A stretch of 64,000 bases of DNA from Anaeromyxobacter sp. (GCA_049840735.1 JASGJN010000014.1:96001-160000); one strand, 5' to 3'. Positions 41,019-53,035 are shown, counted from the first letter of the stretch. Numbers and translations: made by a program. Notes: generated by a model from the letters alone, not told the origin.

Positions 41019-42767
41019 CTACCCTGGGAAGGCGGCGCCGCACCAGGCCTGGAAGGCGGCCCGGGCCTCGGGGCTGGCGTCGGGCAGGGGCTCCAGCCAG
41101 ACGGTGTCCTCGGGCGGTTGGGCCAGCGGCACCTCCACCTCCCGCAGCTCGTCGCGCCGGAACACGGTCAGCCGGAGCCGGCCCGCCGGCCCCTCCTGGC
41201 AGAGCCGGTCCCACAGCCCGCCGCGGTCCAGCCGGAACCCGCCCTCGGCCAAGAGCTCGTCCTCGGCGCTGAGCCCGGCCCGCCAGGCTGGGCTCCCCTC
41301 CCGCACGGCCTGCACGGTCAGCTTCGGCCCGGAGGCCAGGTCGGCACCGAGCCAGCCGGGCGCGCCGCGGTCCTCGTCGGCTCGCGGCGGCGTCCCGCCC
41401 TTGTCGTCCAGCCCGGCCGCGGCCCGCCGGCCCATGCGCAGGCCGATGGCCGCCAGGTCGGGCTCGAGCGGCGCGGTCCCGCGGACCCAGCGGTCGAAGA
41501 AGCTGCGCGCCGCCTCCACTCCCAGCAGCTCGGCCACGGCCGGCTCCACCCCGTCCTCCGGCAGGCCGCGCCCGGCGTGGCGCGAGTAGAGCGTCCGCAG
41601 CAGCGCGTCCAGCGAGCTCCCGGCCCGGCGCAGCGCCAGGTCCAGCGCGAAGGCCACCAGCTCGCCCTTCAGGTAGTACGAGACCGTGCTGTTCACGGTG
41701 TTCTCGTCCGGCCGGTAGAGCTTCACCCAGGCCAGGAAGCTCGACTCCTCGGCGCTCATCTTGGCGGCGCCGGGGGTGCGGAAGAGCGTGGTGAAGGCCT
41801 GCCCCAGCCGCTTGAGGTGGCGGGCGGGCTCGACCAGCCCGGCCCGCGCCAGCGCCAGCTGGTCGTAGTAGGAGGTCACGCCCTCGAACCACCACAGCAG
41901 CCGCGTGTACTGCTCGCGATCGTAGTCGTAGGGCGTGAACGCGGCCGGGCGGAGCCGCTTCACGTTCCAGAGGTGGAAGAACTCGTGCGCGAAGAGCGAG
42001 AGCGTCTCCTCGTAGGCCTCGCGCGGCCAGAAGCTGTTGCGGCCCACGTTGAGCGTGGTGGAGCCGGCGTGCTCCAGCCCGCCGCGCCGCTTGTCCGAGA
42101 GGTGCACGATGAACAGGTAGCGCTCGTAGGGGAGCCCGCCCATCTGCTCCCCGAACCCCTCCACGATGCGCTGCACGTCGGCCAGGAGCTGCGCCTCGTC
42201 GATGCGGGCGCGCCCCCACAGCGCCAGCTGGTGCGGCTTCCCCAGGGCCGTGAACGAGAGCAGCCGATGGGTGCCGATCTCCACCGGCGCGTCGGCCAGG
42301 GCGTCGTAGTCCGGGGCGGTGAAGGTGTTGGGCGCGCCGGCCGGCTCCAGGGCCGTCGCCACCGACCAGCCGGGCGGCGGCGCCACCTCCAGCACGTGCG
42401 GCCGGCCGGTCCGGCCCGGGACGTAGGGGAAGACGGCGGCGCCGTTCAGGTAGCCGTGGGTGTCGTCCAGGTGGCAGGTCCGGACGGTCAGCTCGTTGGC
42501 GTAGACCCGGTACCGGAGGACCAGCCGCGCCGCGCCGCCGGCCCGGACCCGGATCCGGTGCTTGTCCAGCCGCTCGACGGCCAGCGCCCGGCCCTGCCCG
42601 TCCTCGGCGCTGAGAGCCTCCACATGGCGCGCGTACTCCCGGACCAGATAGGACCCGGGCGTCCAGACCGGGAAGGCCAGCTCGGCCACCTCGCCTGGCT
42701 GGTCAAGGATGGCCTCGACGTGGAACAGGTGCGTCTGCGGCTCAGGAAGGGAGAGGCGATAGCGCAT
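41019..42767 (-). CDS. M61 family metallopeptidase with PDZ domain
   Basis: WTPGSY, GGLEH, HEFFHLWNVKR, WFEGVTSYY, SYYLKG, GSPAWRAGL. Confidence 0.92.
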   Translation of the reverse strand: MRYRLSLPEPQTHLFHVEAILDQPGEVAELAFPVWTPGSYLVREYARHVEALSAEDGQGRALAVERLDKHRIRVRAGGAARLVLRYRVYANELTVRTCHLDDTHGYLNGAAVFPYVPGRTGRPHVLEVAPPPGWSVATALEPAGAPNTFTAPDYDALADAPVEIGTHRLLSFTALGKPHQLALWGRARIDEAQLLADVQRIVEGFGEQMGGLPYERYLFIVHLSDKRRGGLEHAGSTTLNVGRNSFWPREAYEETLSLFAHEFFHLWNVKRLRPAAFTPYDYDREQYTRLLWWFEGVTSYYDQLALARAGLVEPARHLKRLGQAFTTLFRTPGAAKMSAEESSFLAWVKLYRPDENTVNSTVSYYLKGELVAFALDLALRRAGSSLDALLRTLYSRHAGRGLPEDGVEPAVAELLGVEAARSFFDRWVRGTAPLEPDLAAIGLRMGRRAAAGLDDKGGTPPRADEDRGAPGWLGADLASGPKLTVQAVREGSPAWRAGLSAEDELLAEGGFRLDRGGLWDRLCQEGPAGRLRLTVFRRDELREVEVPLAQPPEDTVWLEPLPDASPEARAAFQAWCGAAFPG

Positions 42768-42843
42768 GTCCCTTCGACTCTAGCCCGGGATCAACCTGCG
42801 GTCCGGAGAGTTCTGCTAGCCTTTGCGCATTCACGGAGGGGTC

Positions 42844-45800
42844 TTGGAGCGAACGATCCAGTCGGGTGTTCCAGCGCCCACGTCGCCCCTCCTCCGGCTC
42901 TACCTGCTGGGGCGGTTCGAGGTCGTCCGTGAGGACGCGCCCATCCCGTCCCACGCCTGGCGCCGCCGCCGCCCGGCCGACCTCCTGAAGCTCATCGCCC
43001 TCTCCCCCGGCCGCGAGCTGACCCGCGACCAGACCATCGACGCGCTCTGGCCGGACAAGGACCCGGCCAGCGGCGCCAACAACCTTCACCGCGCCCTCTA
43101 CGACCTGCGCCAGATCCTGGGCGGCCGCTGGGTGGACATCGAGCGCGGCGTCATCCGCATGCGCCCGGACGTCTGGGTGGACGTGGATGCCTTCGAGCGC
43201 GCGGTCGAGGCGGGCGGGGCGGAGCGCTTCCAGGAGGCGGTGGCGCTCTACCGCGGCGACCTCGCGCCGGAGGACGGCGAGGTGGACTGGCTGCACGCCC
43301 GCCGGCTGCAGCTGCGCAGCCGCTTCGTCGAGGCGGCCCACCCGCTGGCCCGGGCCGCGGCCGAGGCCGCCGACGTGGGCGCGGCGGTGCCCCTGCTCCG
43401 GCGGCTGCTGGACGTGGATCCGGCCGGCGAGGAGGCCCACCGGCTGCTCATGCAGCTCCTGGCCACCGCCGGCCGCCGCGCCGAGGCCCTGCGCCAGTAC
43501 GACGCCTGCGAGGGCGCGCTGCGCGCGGTGGGGCGCGCGCCGGCCGAGGAGACCCGCGCCCTGCGCGACGCCATCCAGCGCGGCGAGCTGGGCCCGGCCC
43601 CTGGCGCTGCGGCGCTGGACGGGGCCCGCCGCCTGGCCCGCCGCCTGCTGGGCGCGGCCGAGCCGTCGCCGGTCCGCGGCCGCGGCGCCATCCTGCTGCT
43701 GCTCGAGGCGCTGGTGGAGCGCGGCTCGGGCATGCTGGTGCTGCTGGGCGAGCGCGGCGTGGGCAAGACGCGCCTGGCGGTCGAGGGCGCCCGCATCGCG
43801 CAGGCGCGCGGCGCGGTGGTGCTGGGCGGGGTGGGCAGCGCCCGGCCCGGCGAGCCCTTCGGCCTGTTCGTCGATCTCTTCGGACAGGAGGGGCGAGCCG
43901 GCAGCCACGACCCGCTGGCCGCCCCGCCCTCGGGCCGCGCGCCGGAGGCGGTGCTGGCCGAGCTGCAGGACGCCGTCGCGGCCGAGCTTCGCGCCGCCGG
44001 CGAGGGCCGCCCGCTGTTCCTGCTGCTCGACGACCTGCACGCGGCCGACGAGTCCTCGCTGCAGCTGCTGCACGCGCTGGCGCGCCGCGCCGCCGAGCTG
44101 CGCCTGATGGTGGTGGCCACCTGCCGCGAGGAGGCCATCCACGCCGGCACGCCGCTGCAGACGGCGCTGGCCCACCTCGACGCGGGCCGGCTGGCGCGCG
44201 GCGTGCGGCTGCCGCGCCTGGGGCTGGCCGGCACGCGCGAGCAGCTGACCGACCTGGCCGGCGGCCCGCCGCCGGAGGCGCTGGTGCAGCTGGTCTACCG
44301 CGTCACCGACGGTGCACCCTTCCTGGTGGAGGAGGCGCTGCGGGCCTACGCCGCCACCGGGCAGGTGCCGCAGGATCCGGGCGCCGGGCTGCGCGCCCGG
44401 GTGGGCCGGCTGGGGCCGCGCGCCGAGGCGCTGCTGGGGGCCGCCGCGGTGGTGGGGCGGCACTTCGAGTTCGACCTGGTGCGGCCGGTCTCGGGGCTGG
44501 GGGGTCAGGAGACGGTGAAGGCGCTCGAGGCCTGCCTGGAGGCAGGGCTGCTCGACGAGGACGGCACCGGCTACCGGTTCCACCACGACCTGATCCGCGA
44601 GGCGGTCTACCAGGGGCTGCCGGGCAGCCGCCGCGCGGCGCTGCACGCCGCGGTGGCCGACGCGCTGGAGGCCGACGTGGCCCGCCCGGCGCCGGCCGAG
44701 GCGCTGGCGCGGCACCGCCGGCTGGCCGGCCAGGAGGACCGGGCGGTGCGCCACCTGGTGGCGGCCGGCCACCGCGCCGCGGCGCGGGCCGGGCTGCGCG
44801 AGGCGCTCACCTTCTACACCGAGGCGCTGGAGCTGGCGCCGCGCGCCGGCCTCGACGGCCGCGCCCGCTTCGAGCTGCACGAGGCGGCGGCGCGGGTGCA
44901 GCTGGGGCTGGGCGAGCTGGACGCGGCGGTCCGCGCCTTCGGGCAGGCGGCGCGGCTGGCCGGGGCGGAAGGGTTCGAGGCCGATCCGGCCCGGCTGGCC
45001 CGGGTGCACCGGCTGGCGGCCATGGCCCACGCCGCGGCGGGCGACCTGCCGGCGGCGCGCCTGGCGCTGGGCGAGGGGCTGGCGGCCGCGGGCGAGGCCG
45101 AGCCGGCCGAGGTGGCGGCGCTGCACCACCTCTCGGCGCAGCTGGAGTGGCACGCCGGCGCGGCGGACCGGGCCGAGGCGGCCGCGGCGGCCTGCGGCGC
45201 GGCGGCGGCGCAGGCGGGCGACGGCGAGCTCGCGGCGCGGGCCGAGGACCTGCGGGCGCTGGCGCGCGGGCTTCGCGGCGAGCCGCTGCCGCCGGTGACG
45301 CCGGCGCCGGCCGGGCCGCAGGACCTCACGCCCGAGCACCCGCTCGACCTGCACGTGGTGCTCTGGAGCCACGACCTGCTGGGCGAGCGCGGCGCGCCCG
45401 ACCTGGCGCGCGCGGCGGGCGTGCTGGTGGAGCGGGCCCGGCAGCGGCAGGCCCCGGCGGCCGAGGCGGCGGGGCGGCTGGGCGAGGGGATCGCGGCGCT
45501 GGAGGCGGCGCAGCTGGAGGCCGCCGAGCTGGCCCTGCGCGCCGCCCGGCAGGGCTTCCGCGCCGCGGGCCTGGCGCTGGGCGAGGCGCTGGCCATGGAG
45601 CGGCTGGCCTCGCTGCTGGTGATGGCCGGGAGCCTGGAGGAGGCGGGCGCGCTGCTGGACGAGGCGGTGGTGGTGGCCGAGCGCGGCACGCTCCGGCAGC
45701 ACGCGCTCACGCTGCTCCACGCCGCCGAGGCCCGCCACCGCCTGGCCTCCGGGCTGCCCGGCGCCGCCGACGTGGCCATGCGCGCCGCCAGCGAGGCGGC

Positions 45801-46167
45801 CGCGCGCCACGGGGGCTGCACCGCCTGCGACGCCGCCTTCCGCCCGGAGGCGGTCCGCACCGCCCTGGCCCGCGGGCGGCTCGACGTGGCCGAGGCCGAG
45901 ACCTCCGCGCTGGAGGACCTGGCCCGCCGCCACGGCGGCCGCGGCTTCACCGCCCTGGCGCGCCAGGCGCGGGCCCGCGTGCTGGCCGCGGCCGGCCGGC
46001 CGGAGGACGCGCTGGTGTCCCTGGCCCAGGCGCGGGCCGGGTTCCTGGCCTCGGGCCAGCGCTACGAGGCCGCGCGCGCGGTCCGGCTGGAGGCCCGGCT
46101 GCGCGGGAGCCTGCCGGAGGCCTGGGCCGCGCTGGACGTGCTGGTGCGGATCGACGCCGACGCGTGA
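42844..46167 (+). CDS. SARP/BTAD transcriptional regulator with AAA (STAND-like) ATPase
   Basis: LLGRFEV...LWPD, BTAD EEAHRLLMQL, GERGVGKTRL, LDDLH, FHHDLIREAVY. Confidence 0.88.
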   Translation: MERTIQSGVPAPTSPLLRLYLLGRFEVVREDAPIPSHAWRRRRPADLLKLIALSPGRELTRDQTIDALWPDKDPASGANNLHRALYDLRQILGGRWVDIERGVIRMRPDVWVDVDAFERAVEAGGAERFQEAVALYRGDLAPEDGEVDWLHARRLQLRSRFVEAAHPLARAAAEAADVGAAVPLLRRLLDVDPAGEEAHRLLMQLLATAGRRAEALRQYDACEGALRAVGRAPAEETRALRDAIQRGELGPAPGAAALDGARRLARRLLGAAEPSPVRGRGAILLLLEALVERGSGMLVLLGERGVGKTRLAVEGARIAQARGAVVLGGVGSARPGEPFGLFVDLFGQEGRAGSHDPLAAPPSGRAPEAVLAELQDAVAAELRAAGEGRPLFLLLDDLHAADESSLQLLHALARRAAELRLMVVATCREEAIHAGTPLQTALAHLDAGRLARGVRLPRLGLAGTREQLTDLAGGPPPEALVQLVYRVTDGAPFLVEEALRAYAATGQVPQDPGAGLRARVGRLGPRAEALLGAAAVVGRHFEFDLVRPVSGLGGQETVKALEACLEAGLLDEDGTGYRFHHDLIREAVYQGLPGSRRAALHAAVADALEADVARPAPAEALARHRRLAGQEDRAVRHLVAAGHRAAARAGLREALTFYTEALELAPRAGLDGRARFELHEAAARVQLGLGELDAAVRAFGQAARLAGAEGFEADPARLARVHRLAAMAHAAAGDLPAARLALGEGLAAAGEAEPAEVAALHHLSAQLEWHAGAADRAEAAAAACGAAAAQAGDGELAARAEDLRALARGLRGEPLPPVTPAPAGPQDLTPEHPLDLHVVLWSHDLLGERGAPDLARAAGVLVERARQRQAPAAEAAGRLGEGIAALEAAQLEAAELALRAARQGFRAAGLALGEALAMERLASLLVMAGSLEEAGALLDEAVVVAERGTLRQHALTLLHAAEARHRLASGLPGAADVAMRAASEAAARHGGCTACDAAFRPEAVRTALARGRLDVAEAETSALEDLARRHGGRGFTALARQARARVLAAAGRPEDALVSLAQARAGFLASGQRYEAARAVRLEARLRGSLPEAWAALDVLVRIDADA

Positions 46168-46235
46168 TCCGACCTGACCGCCCGGCCTTCGACAGGCTCA
46201 GGGCGGGCGGGGGCAGCAGGCGCCGGCCGGCCTTC

Positions 46236-46667
46236 GACTCCGCCCCGCCTGCCGGCGGGGCTACGCTCAGGCTGACCGGATTCGGGTTGGCCCCGATCTT
46301 CGACAGCCCGACTCCGCCCCGCCTGCCGGCGGGGCGACGCCCAGGCTGACCGGATTCGGGTTGGCCCCGCTCTTCAGCAGCCCGACTCCGCCCGCCTGCC
46401 GGCGGGGCTACGCCCAGGCTTACCGGATTCGGGTTGGCCCCGCCCTTCAACAGCCCGACTCCGCCCCGCCTGCCGGCGGGGCGACGCCCAGGCTGACCGG
46501 ATTCGGGTTGGCCCCGATCTTCAACAGCCCGACTCCGCCCCGCCTGCCGGCGAGGCGACGCCCAGGCTGACCGGATCCGGGTTGGCCCCGCGCTTCAACA
46601 GCCTGACTCCGCCCCGCCTGCCGCCCAGGCTGACCGGATTCGGGTTGGCCCCGCTCTTCGACAGCCT
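46236..46667. repeat. Six tandem ~74-bp REP-derived units
   Basis: GACTCCGCCCCGCCTGCCGGCGGGG...CTGACCGGATTCGGGTTGGCCCCG at 46236, 46310, 46384, 46457, 46531, 46605. Confidence 0.9.
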
Positions 46668-46683
46668 GGTAGGCTGCCCGCCC

Positions 46684-47707
46684 ATGGACCCCTACGGCCT
46701 CCGCCGCGTCGTCTCCCCCAAGGGCCTCCTCCCGCAGCGCGCCGACGTGCTCGACCCGTCCCTGCCGCTGGGCGAGGACGAGCTCTCGAATCGAGGTGGA
46801 GGCGCTCAACATCGACGCGGCCAGCTTCCGGCAGATCGAGGGCGCGGTGGGCAAGACGCCGGAGGCCATCGCCGCCGAGGTGCAGCGCATCGTCCAGGCC
46901 CGCGGGAAGATGCACAACCCGGTCACCGGCTCGGGCGGCATGCTCATCGGGCGCGTCAAGGCGGTGGGCCCGCGCCACCCGGCCGCCGCCACGCTCCGGC
47001 CCGGCGACCGGCTCGCCACCCTGGTCTCGCTCACCCTCACGCCGCTGCGCCTCGACGCCGTCCGCGCGGTCCGGCCGGCCATCGACCGCATCGAGTGCCA
47101 GGGCGAGGCCATCCTCTTCGCCACCGGGCTGTGGGCCCGCTTGCCGGACGATCTGCCCGAGACGCTGGTCCTGGCGGCGCTGGACGTCTGCGGGGCGCCG
47201 GCCCTGGTGGCCCGCCACCTCTCGCGCGGGCAGCGCGTGCTGGTGCTGGGCGCCGGAAAGTCGGGCGCGCTGGTGGCGGTGCAGGCGCGCGAGTCGCTGG
47301 GGCCGGAGGGGTTCCTGGCGCTGGCCGACCGCTCGCCGCCGGCGCTGGAGGCGCTGGCCGGGCTGGAGGTCTCCGACGCGCGGCTGCAGGTGGACGCCAC
47401 CGACCCGCTGGGCGTGCTCTCGGCCGTCGAGGCGGCCGGCGGCCGCTTCGACGTGGTGGTCAACTGCGCCAGCGTCCCCGGCACCGAGATGGCCGCCATC
47501 CTGGCGGCGCGCGAGGGCGGCACGGTGATCTTCTTCTCCATGGCCACCAGCTTCACCGCCGCGGCGCTGGGCGCCGAGGGCGTGGGCAAGGACGCCACGC
47601 TCGTCATCGGCAACGGCTACGTCCCCGGCCACGCCGACCTGACGCTCGACCTCTTGCGCCGCCACCCGCGGCTGCGGGCGCTGTTCCAGGCGCGGTACGG
47701 CGCCTGA
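46684..47707 (+). CDS. kdd: L-erythro-3,5-diaminohexanoate dehydrogenase-like (frameshift ~46790)
   Basis: YGLRRV...LPQRA; LNIDAASF; RGKMHNPVTGSGGML; LVSLTLTPL; FFSMATSF. Confidence 0.85.
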
Positions 47708-47819
47708 GGTCCGCGCCCGCTCGCGCGACGCTCCCCCCGGGCCGTGCTCCGCATGGGCTGGGTAACCCTGGCGGCTGGCCAGCATCCACTCCCCGTGGCT
47801 TCGCCCAAGGAGGAGCGCG

Positions 47820-48011
47820 ATGAAGCAGGTCCAGGAGCAGCACGTGGAGGTGGCGCGCCGGAGCGCGAAGCTCTGGCGCGTGCTGGTGGCCGGGGGCGCA
47901 GCGCTGGCGCTGGCCTGCGCCGGCACGCAGAAGCCGGCCTCCCCGTCGCCGGGGAGCGACCACTCGAGCGACGGCAAGTCCGGCGACGGCGGGGGCGCTT
48001 CCGGTTGGTGA
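47820..48011 (+). CDS. Small lipoprotein-like peptide
   Basis: AAGGAGGAG RBS; ALALAC lipobox; Ser/Gly tail ending GASGW. Confidence 0.65.
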   Translation: MKQVQEQHVEVARRSAKLWRVLVAGGAALALACAGTQKPASPSPGSDHSSDGKSGDGGGASGW

Positions 48012-48745
48012 GCGACGCCGGCGAGGCGAGGCGGCGGTCGCTGGCGGCGCGGGCCTGGCGCTTCCGCTGCGGCGTCGAGCGCGAGGCAGAGGTGCGCTTC
48101 GCGCGCCTCGCAGGCTGGCTGGAGGCGCAGGGCGCAGCCGGGCGGCTGGTGGCCCTGGCCCGGCGCTCGTCCTCGGACGAGGCGCGGCATGCGCTGCGGT
48201 GCGCCGACCTGGCGCGGGCCTTCGGCGCCGGGGTGGACGACCTGCCGCCGCCGGAGCCGGCCCTGCTGGCGCCGCCCGACCTGCCGGCGCGGACCCGCAT
48301 GCTCTACGAGGCGGTCGCCGCCTGCTGCGTGACCGAGACCGGCAGCGTGGGGGTGCTGGCCACGCTCCTGGGCGAGGTGAAGGGCGGCAGCCTGCGGCGC
48401 ACGCTCCGCGAGCTGGCCCGCGACGAGGTCCGCCACGCCCAGCTCGGCTGGGCGGTGCTGGCGGCGGAGGGGGAGCGCAGCCAGGCCTCGCTCCTTTCAC
48501 CCTGGGTGCCGGCCATGCTGGCCGGCAGCATCGACGCCGGCCTGTTCGGCGCCGCCGCGCCGGGGGACGACGACGACGGCCTGCTCGAGCTGGGGCTGCT
48601 CCCGCAGCGGCTGCGGCGGGAGGTGTTCGTCCGCACCACGCTGGACGTGGTCCTCCCTGGCCTGGAGGCCGGCGGGATCGACCCGGGTCCGGCCCGACAC
48701 TGGCTCGCGCAGCGGACGGACCCAGGGCAGCGCCTCTCGTCCTGA
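48008..48745 (+). CDS. Ferritin-like di-iron protein
   Basis: E...DEARH...E...DEVRH ligand pattern; GTGA overlap. Confidence 0.8.
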   Translation: MSDAGEARRRSLAARAWRFRCGVEREAEVRFARLAGWLEAQGAAGRLVALARRSSSDEARHALRCADLARAFGAGVDDLPPPEPALLAPPDLPARTRMLYEAVAACCVTETGSVGVLATLLGEVKGGSLRRTLRELARDEVRHAQLGWAVLAAEGERSQASLLSPWVPAMLAGSIDAGLFGAAAPGDDDDGLLELGLLPQRLRREVFVRTTLDVVLPGLEAGGIDPGPARHWLAQRTDPGQRLSS

Positions 48746-48819
48746 CGCGGCGGCAGGTTGCTGGATTCCTGGCCATGCTCCCGGGATGGTAGGCTCGGTC
48801 CGCCCGTCCCGGAGGACCC

Positions 48820-49227
48820 ATGGCACTCATCAACTGGAAGCCGCAGCTCAGCGTCGGCGTGAAGCTGTTCGACGACCAGCACAAGGTGCTGATCGGGATG
48901 ATCAACGACCTCCACGCCGCGCTCGCGGGCGGCAAGGGCAACGACGTCATGGGGCCCATCCTCACCGGCCTCGCCGAGTACACGCAGACGCACTTCGCCG
49001 AGGAGGAGCAGCTCCTCGCGAAGCACGGCTACCCAGGCCTGGCGGTCCACAAGATCGAGCACCGCAAGCTGCTGGACCAGGTCGGCGCGCTGCAGCAGAA
49101 GCACAAGTCCGGAAACACGATGATCTCGGTCGAGGTGATGCACTTCCTCCGCGACTGGCTCTCCACGCACATCCAGGGTGAGGACGCCCAGTACGGCAAG
49201 TTCCTGAACGCGAGGGGCGTGCAGTAG
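48820..49227 (+). CDS. Bacteriohemerythrin
   Basis: W...SVG...DDQH, HFAEEE, HKIEH, WLSTHIQGED. Confidence 0.95.
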   Translation: MALINWKPQLSVGVKLFDDQHKVLIGMINDLHAALAGGKGNDVMGPILTGLAEYTQTHFAEEEQLLAKHGYPGLAVHKIEHRKLLDQVGALQQKHKSGNTMISVEVMHFLRDWLSTHIQGEDAQYGKFLNARGVQ

Positions 49228-49332
49228 CGGCCCGGCGCGTGGGACCGCCGCGGCGGCGGGCTCCGCGGGCCGCAGAATCCTCCTCGATGCTCTGCTCCCC
49301 GCTGGCGCCGGTTTCGTACTAGTTTCGCCCGC

Positions 49333-49418
49333 GGGGCCGTGGCGGAACTGGCAGACGCAGGGGACTTAAAATCCCTCGCCGCGCGAGCGGCATCCCGGTT
49401 GGATCCCGGGCGGCCCTA
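49333..49418 (+). tRNA. tRNA-Leu(TAA) with non-canonical T-loop
   Basis: GGGGCCG/CGGCCCT acceptor stem, GGCAGACGC D-arm, CTTAAAA loop, long variable arm, T-loop TTGGATC. Confidence 0.8.
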
Positions 49419-49728
49419 ACCGCTCCCCCCGCTCCAGGATGACCGGTTGGGCCCGCCTCCTGCGGGCGGTCCTCGGGTGGGGCCGCGACCACGCGTACCT
49501 CCTCCCGCTCGCCCGCCCGGCCGCAAGTTACGCGCGCCACGGCGGTGTGGTCGCCCGGCGACGACCGGGGCGTGCGGATCACGGTTTCCGCGCCAGGTCT
49601 GCCTTCGAATGCGCGCCAGCGTTGATCGGCGTCCCCCTTGCATATGGGCCTGACGTTCGCCGCACCGCGTAAAGGCCAACGGGGGACCGGGCGCGCCACC
49701 GCCCGCACGCTTCACGAGGAGTCGCACC

Positions 49729-50178
49729 ATGCCAGCCCCGTCAGGTTCGATCGCTGGTCCCCCGCTCGAGCGAGCGGCGCTGGGGCGCGCCGCGCGGGTG
49801 CTGCTGGTCGAGGACGACCGCGAGCTGCGCGAGGCCCTGGCGGACGTGCTGATGCTGGAGGGGTTCGAGGTGGAGCAGGCGGAGAACGGCCTCGACGCGC
49901 TGCTGCACCTGCGCAGCGCGCCGCGCCCGCCGGACGTGGTGGTGCTCGACCTGGACATGCCGCTCATGGACGGCCGCGAGTTCCGGGAGGCGCAGCTGCG
50001 CAATCCGGCCCTGGCCGCGGTGCCGGTGCTGGTCCTCTCCTCGCACGTGGAGGAGGGGCTGCCGCTGGGCGGCCTGGGCAAGCCCTGCTCGCCGGAGCGG
50101 CTCCTGGCCCGGCTGCGGGCGCTCATCACGTTCAGTGAATCACGCGCGGCGGACGCCGGCCGCCACGCTTCGCCCTGA
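49729..50178 (+). CDS. Single-domain response regulator
   Basis: VLLVEDD, VLDLDMPLMDG, S, KP. Confidence 0.88.
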   Translation: MPAPSGSIAGPPLERAALGRAARVLLVEDDRELREALADVLMLEGFEVEQAENGLDALLHLRSAPRPPDVVVLDLDMPLMDGREFREAQLRNPALAAVPVLVLSSHVEEGLPLGGLGKPCSPERLLARLRALITFSESRAADAGRHASP

Positions 50179-50195
50179 CCCCAGCGCGCCCCTGG

Positions 50196-50246
50196 CCTTC
50201 GACTCCGCGAGCCCTGCGGGCTCGCTACGCTCAGGCCGAACGGATT
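50196..50246. repeat. Single REP-like element between convergent genes
   Basis: CCTTCGACTCCGCGAGCCCTGCGGGCTCGCTACGCTCAGG. Confidence 0.8.
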
Positions 50247-50280
50247 CCTTGCGCCTCGCGCCACAAATCCGCCACGCGCC

Positions 50281-50823
50281 TCAGCCCGGCCCCGGCCTCC
50301 GCCCCCGCGCGCCCGGCCGCGCCGGCGCCTCGGGCACCAGCTGGTGGAACAGGCTCGACTCGCGCTGGAAGAAGCCCTGCGTGTGGAACGACTGGGCCAG
50401 CCCCAGCACCTCGAAGTCGAGGTGGTGCAGGAGCTCGTGCAGGAGCGTGCGCAGGAAGGTCTTGAACGCCACCACCCGCCCCTGCCGCGCGGTGCGCATC
50501 CAGACCCTGATCACCGGCCGCTCGCCCTCGCCCGGCTCGGGCACGTACAGCCCGTGCAGCTCGTGGGCGTCGCCGCGCGGCCGGACGGCGTGGATCTCCA
50601 GCCTGGGCGGGGCCGCCTGGAGCGCCCTGCACACCCCGGCGCACACCGCGAAGGCGGCGTGCGCCACCGCCGCGCCGTCCCCGGCCCCGAGCGCCGCCCG
50701 CAGCCGCTCCACCTCCGGCCAGAGCGCGCTCACCCCCGGCACCGGCAGGGCCGTCACGGCGTCGCTGCGGCGGTAGGTGGCCTGGTCCGGGCGCGACAGG
50801 CGCGCGTAGTAGGCGAACGGCAT
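50281..50823 (-). CDS. Hypothetical protein with HExxH zincin-like motif
   Basis: LLHELLHHLD...SFHTQGF. Confidence 0.75.
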   Translation of the reverse strand: MPFAYYARLSRPDQATYRRSDAVTALPVPGVSALWPEVERLRAALGAGDGAAVAHAAFAVCAGVCRALQAAPPRLEIHAVRPRGDAHELHGLYVPEPGEGERPVIRVWMRTARQGRVVAFKTFLRTLLHELLHHLDFEVLGLAQSFHTQGFFQRESSLFHQLVPEAPARPGARGRRPGPG

Positions 50824-50842
50824 GGTCCCGGCCCGCGCCGCC

Positions 50843-51304
50843 TCAGTTCAGGAAGGCCGGCGGGCTGACCTCGATGCCCTCGATGGCCTGCCGACCGGCG
50901 AAGCCCTCGTCCAGCCCGTGCCAGTGGGTCACGGCCGGCTCGCCGAACTGCCAGCAGAGCAGGATGGGCTCCCCTTCCCGCAGGGCGTGGAAGTCCACCA
51001 GGCCCGCCTCCAGGTCCTTCACCAGGCAGCCCATCCCGTTGATGCGCTCCACGGCCGCGGTCAGCTCGCCTGCCAGGGCGACCAGCCACCGCGCCTCCCC
51101 CGCTCGCCCGACGGGGGGTTCGGCCTCCTCCTGCAGGAGCCCCATGGCCACGTCCACGCCCCCCAGCGCCTCCACCAGGGCCGCCAGCTCCGCGCGGATT
51201 TGCGCCACCCGGCCGAACTCGATTTCGAGGGCCGAGACCAGGCCGTTGGCCTCCTCGACCGTGAAGTACCGCGGGGCCTCGTCCATGAGCGGAAACCTCT
51301 CCAT
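50843..51304 (-). CDS. DUF2203-like protein
   Basis: FTVEEAN...KDLEAGLVDF...LCWQFGE...WH...GFAGR. Confidence 0.85.
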   Translation of the reverse strand: MERFPLMDEAPRYFTVEEANGLVSALEIEFGRVAQIRAELAALVEALGGVDVAMGLLQEEAEPPVGRAGEARWLVALAGELTAAVERINGMGCLVKDLEAGLVDFHALREGEPILLCWQFGEPAVTHWHGLDEGFAGRQAIEGIEVSPPAFLN

Positions 51305-51381
51305 CGCCGTGTTATAAGCGCGGACCCGGCCCGCGCCGGGCCGCCCGTCCGCGGCCCCCGGAACCAGAGGATCTTCGCACC

Positions 51382-53035
<1,654 letters not shown>

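Noticed and set aside
42742..45933. Long antisense and alternate-frame ORFs (also 7483-9273, 40824-42932, 51382-54384, 61106-63955)
   Set aside because: Shadow ORFs typical of very high GC DNA that overlap well-supported genes
46236..46667. CRISPR array (also considered for 38949-39590)
   Set aside because: Whole units repeat with no unique spacers, and no cas genes are in the window
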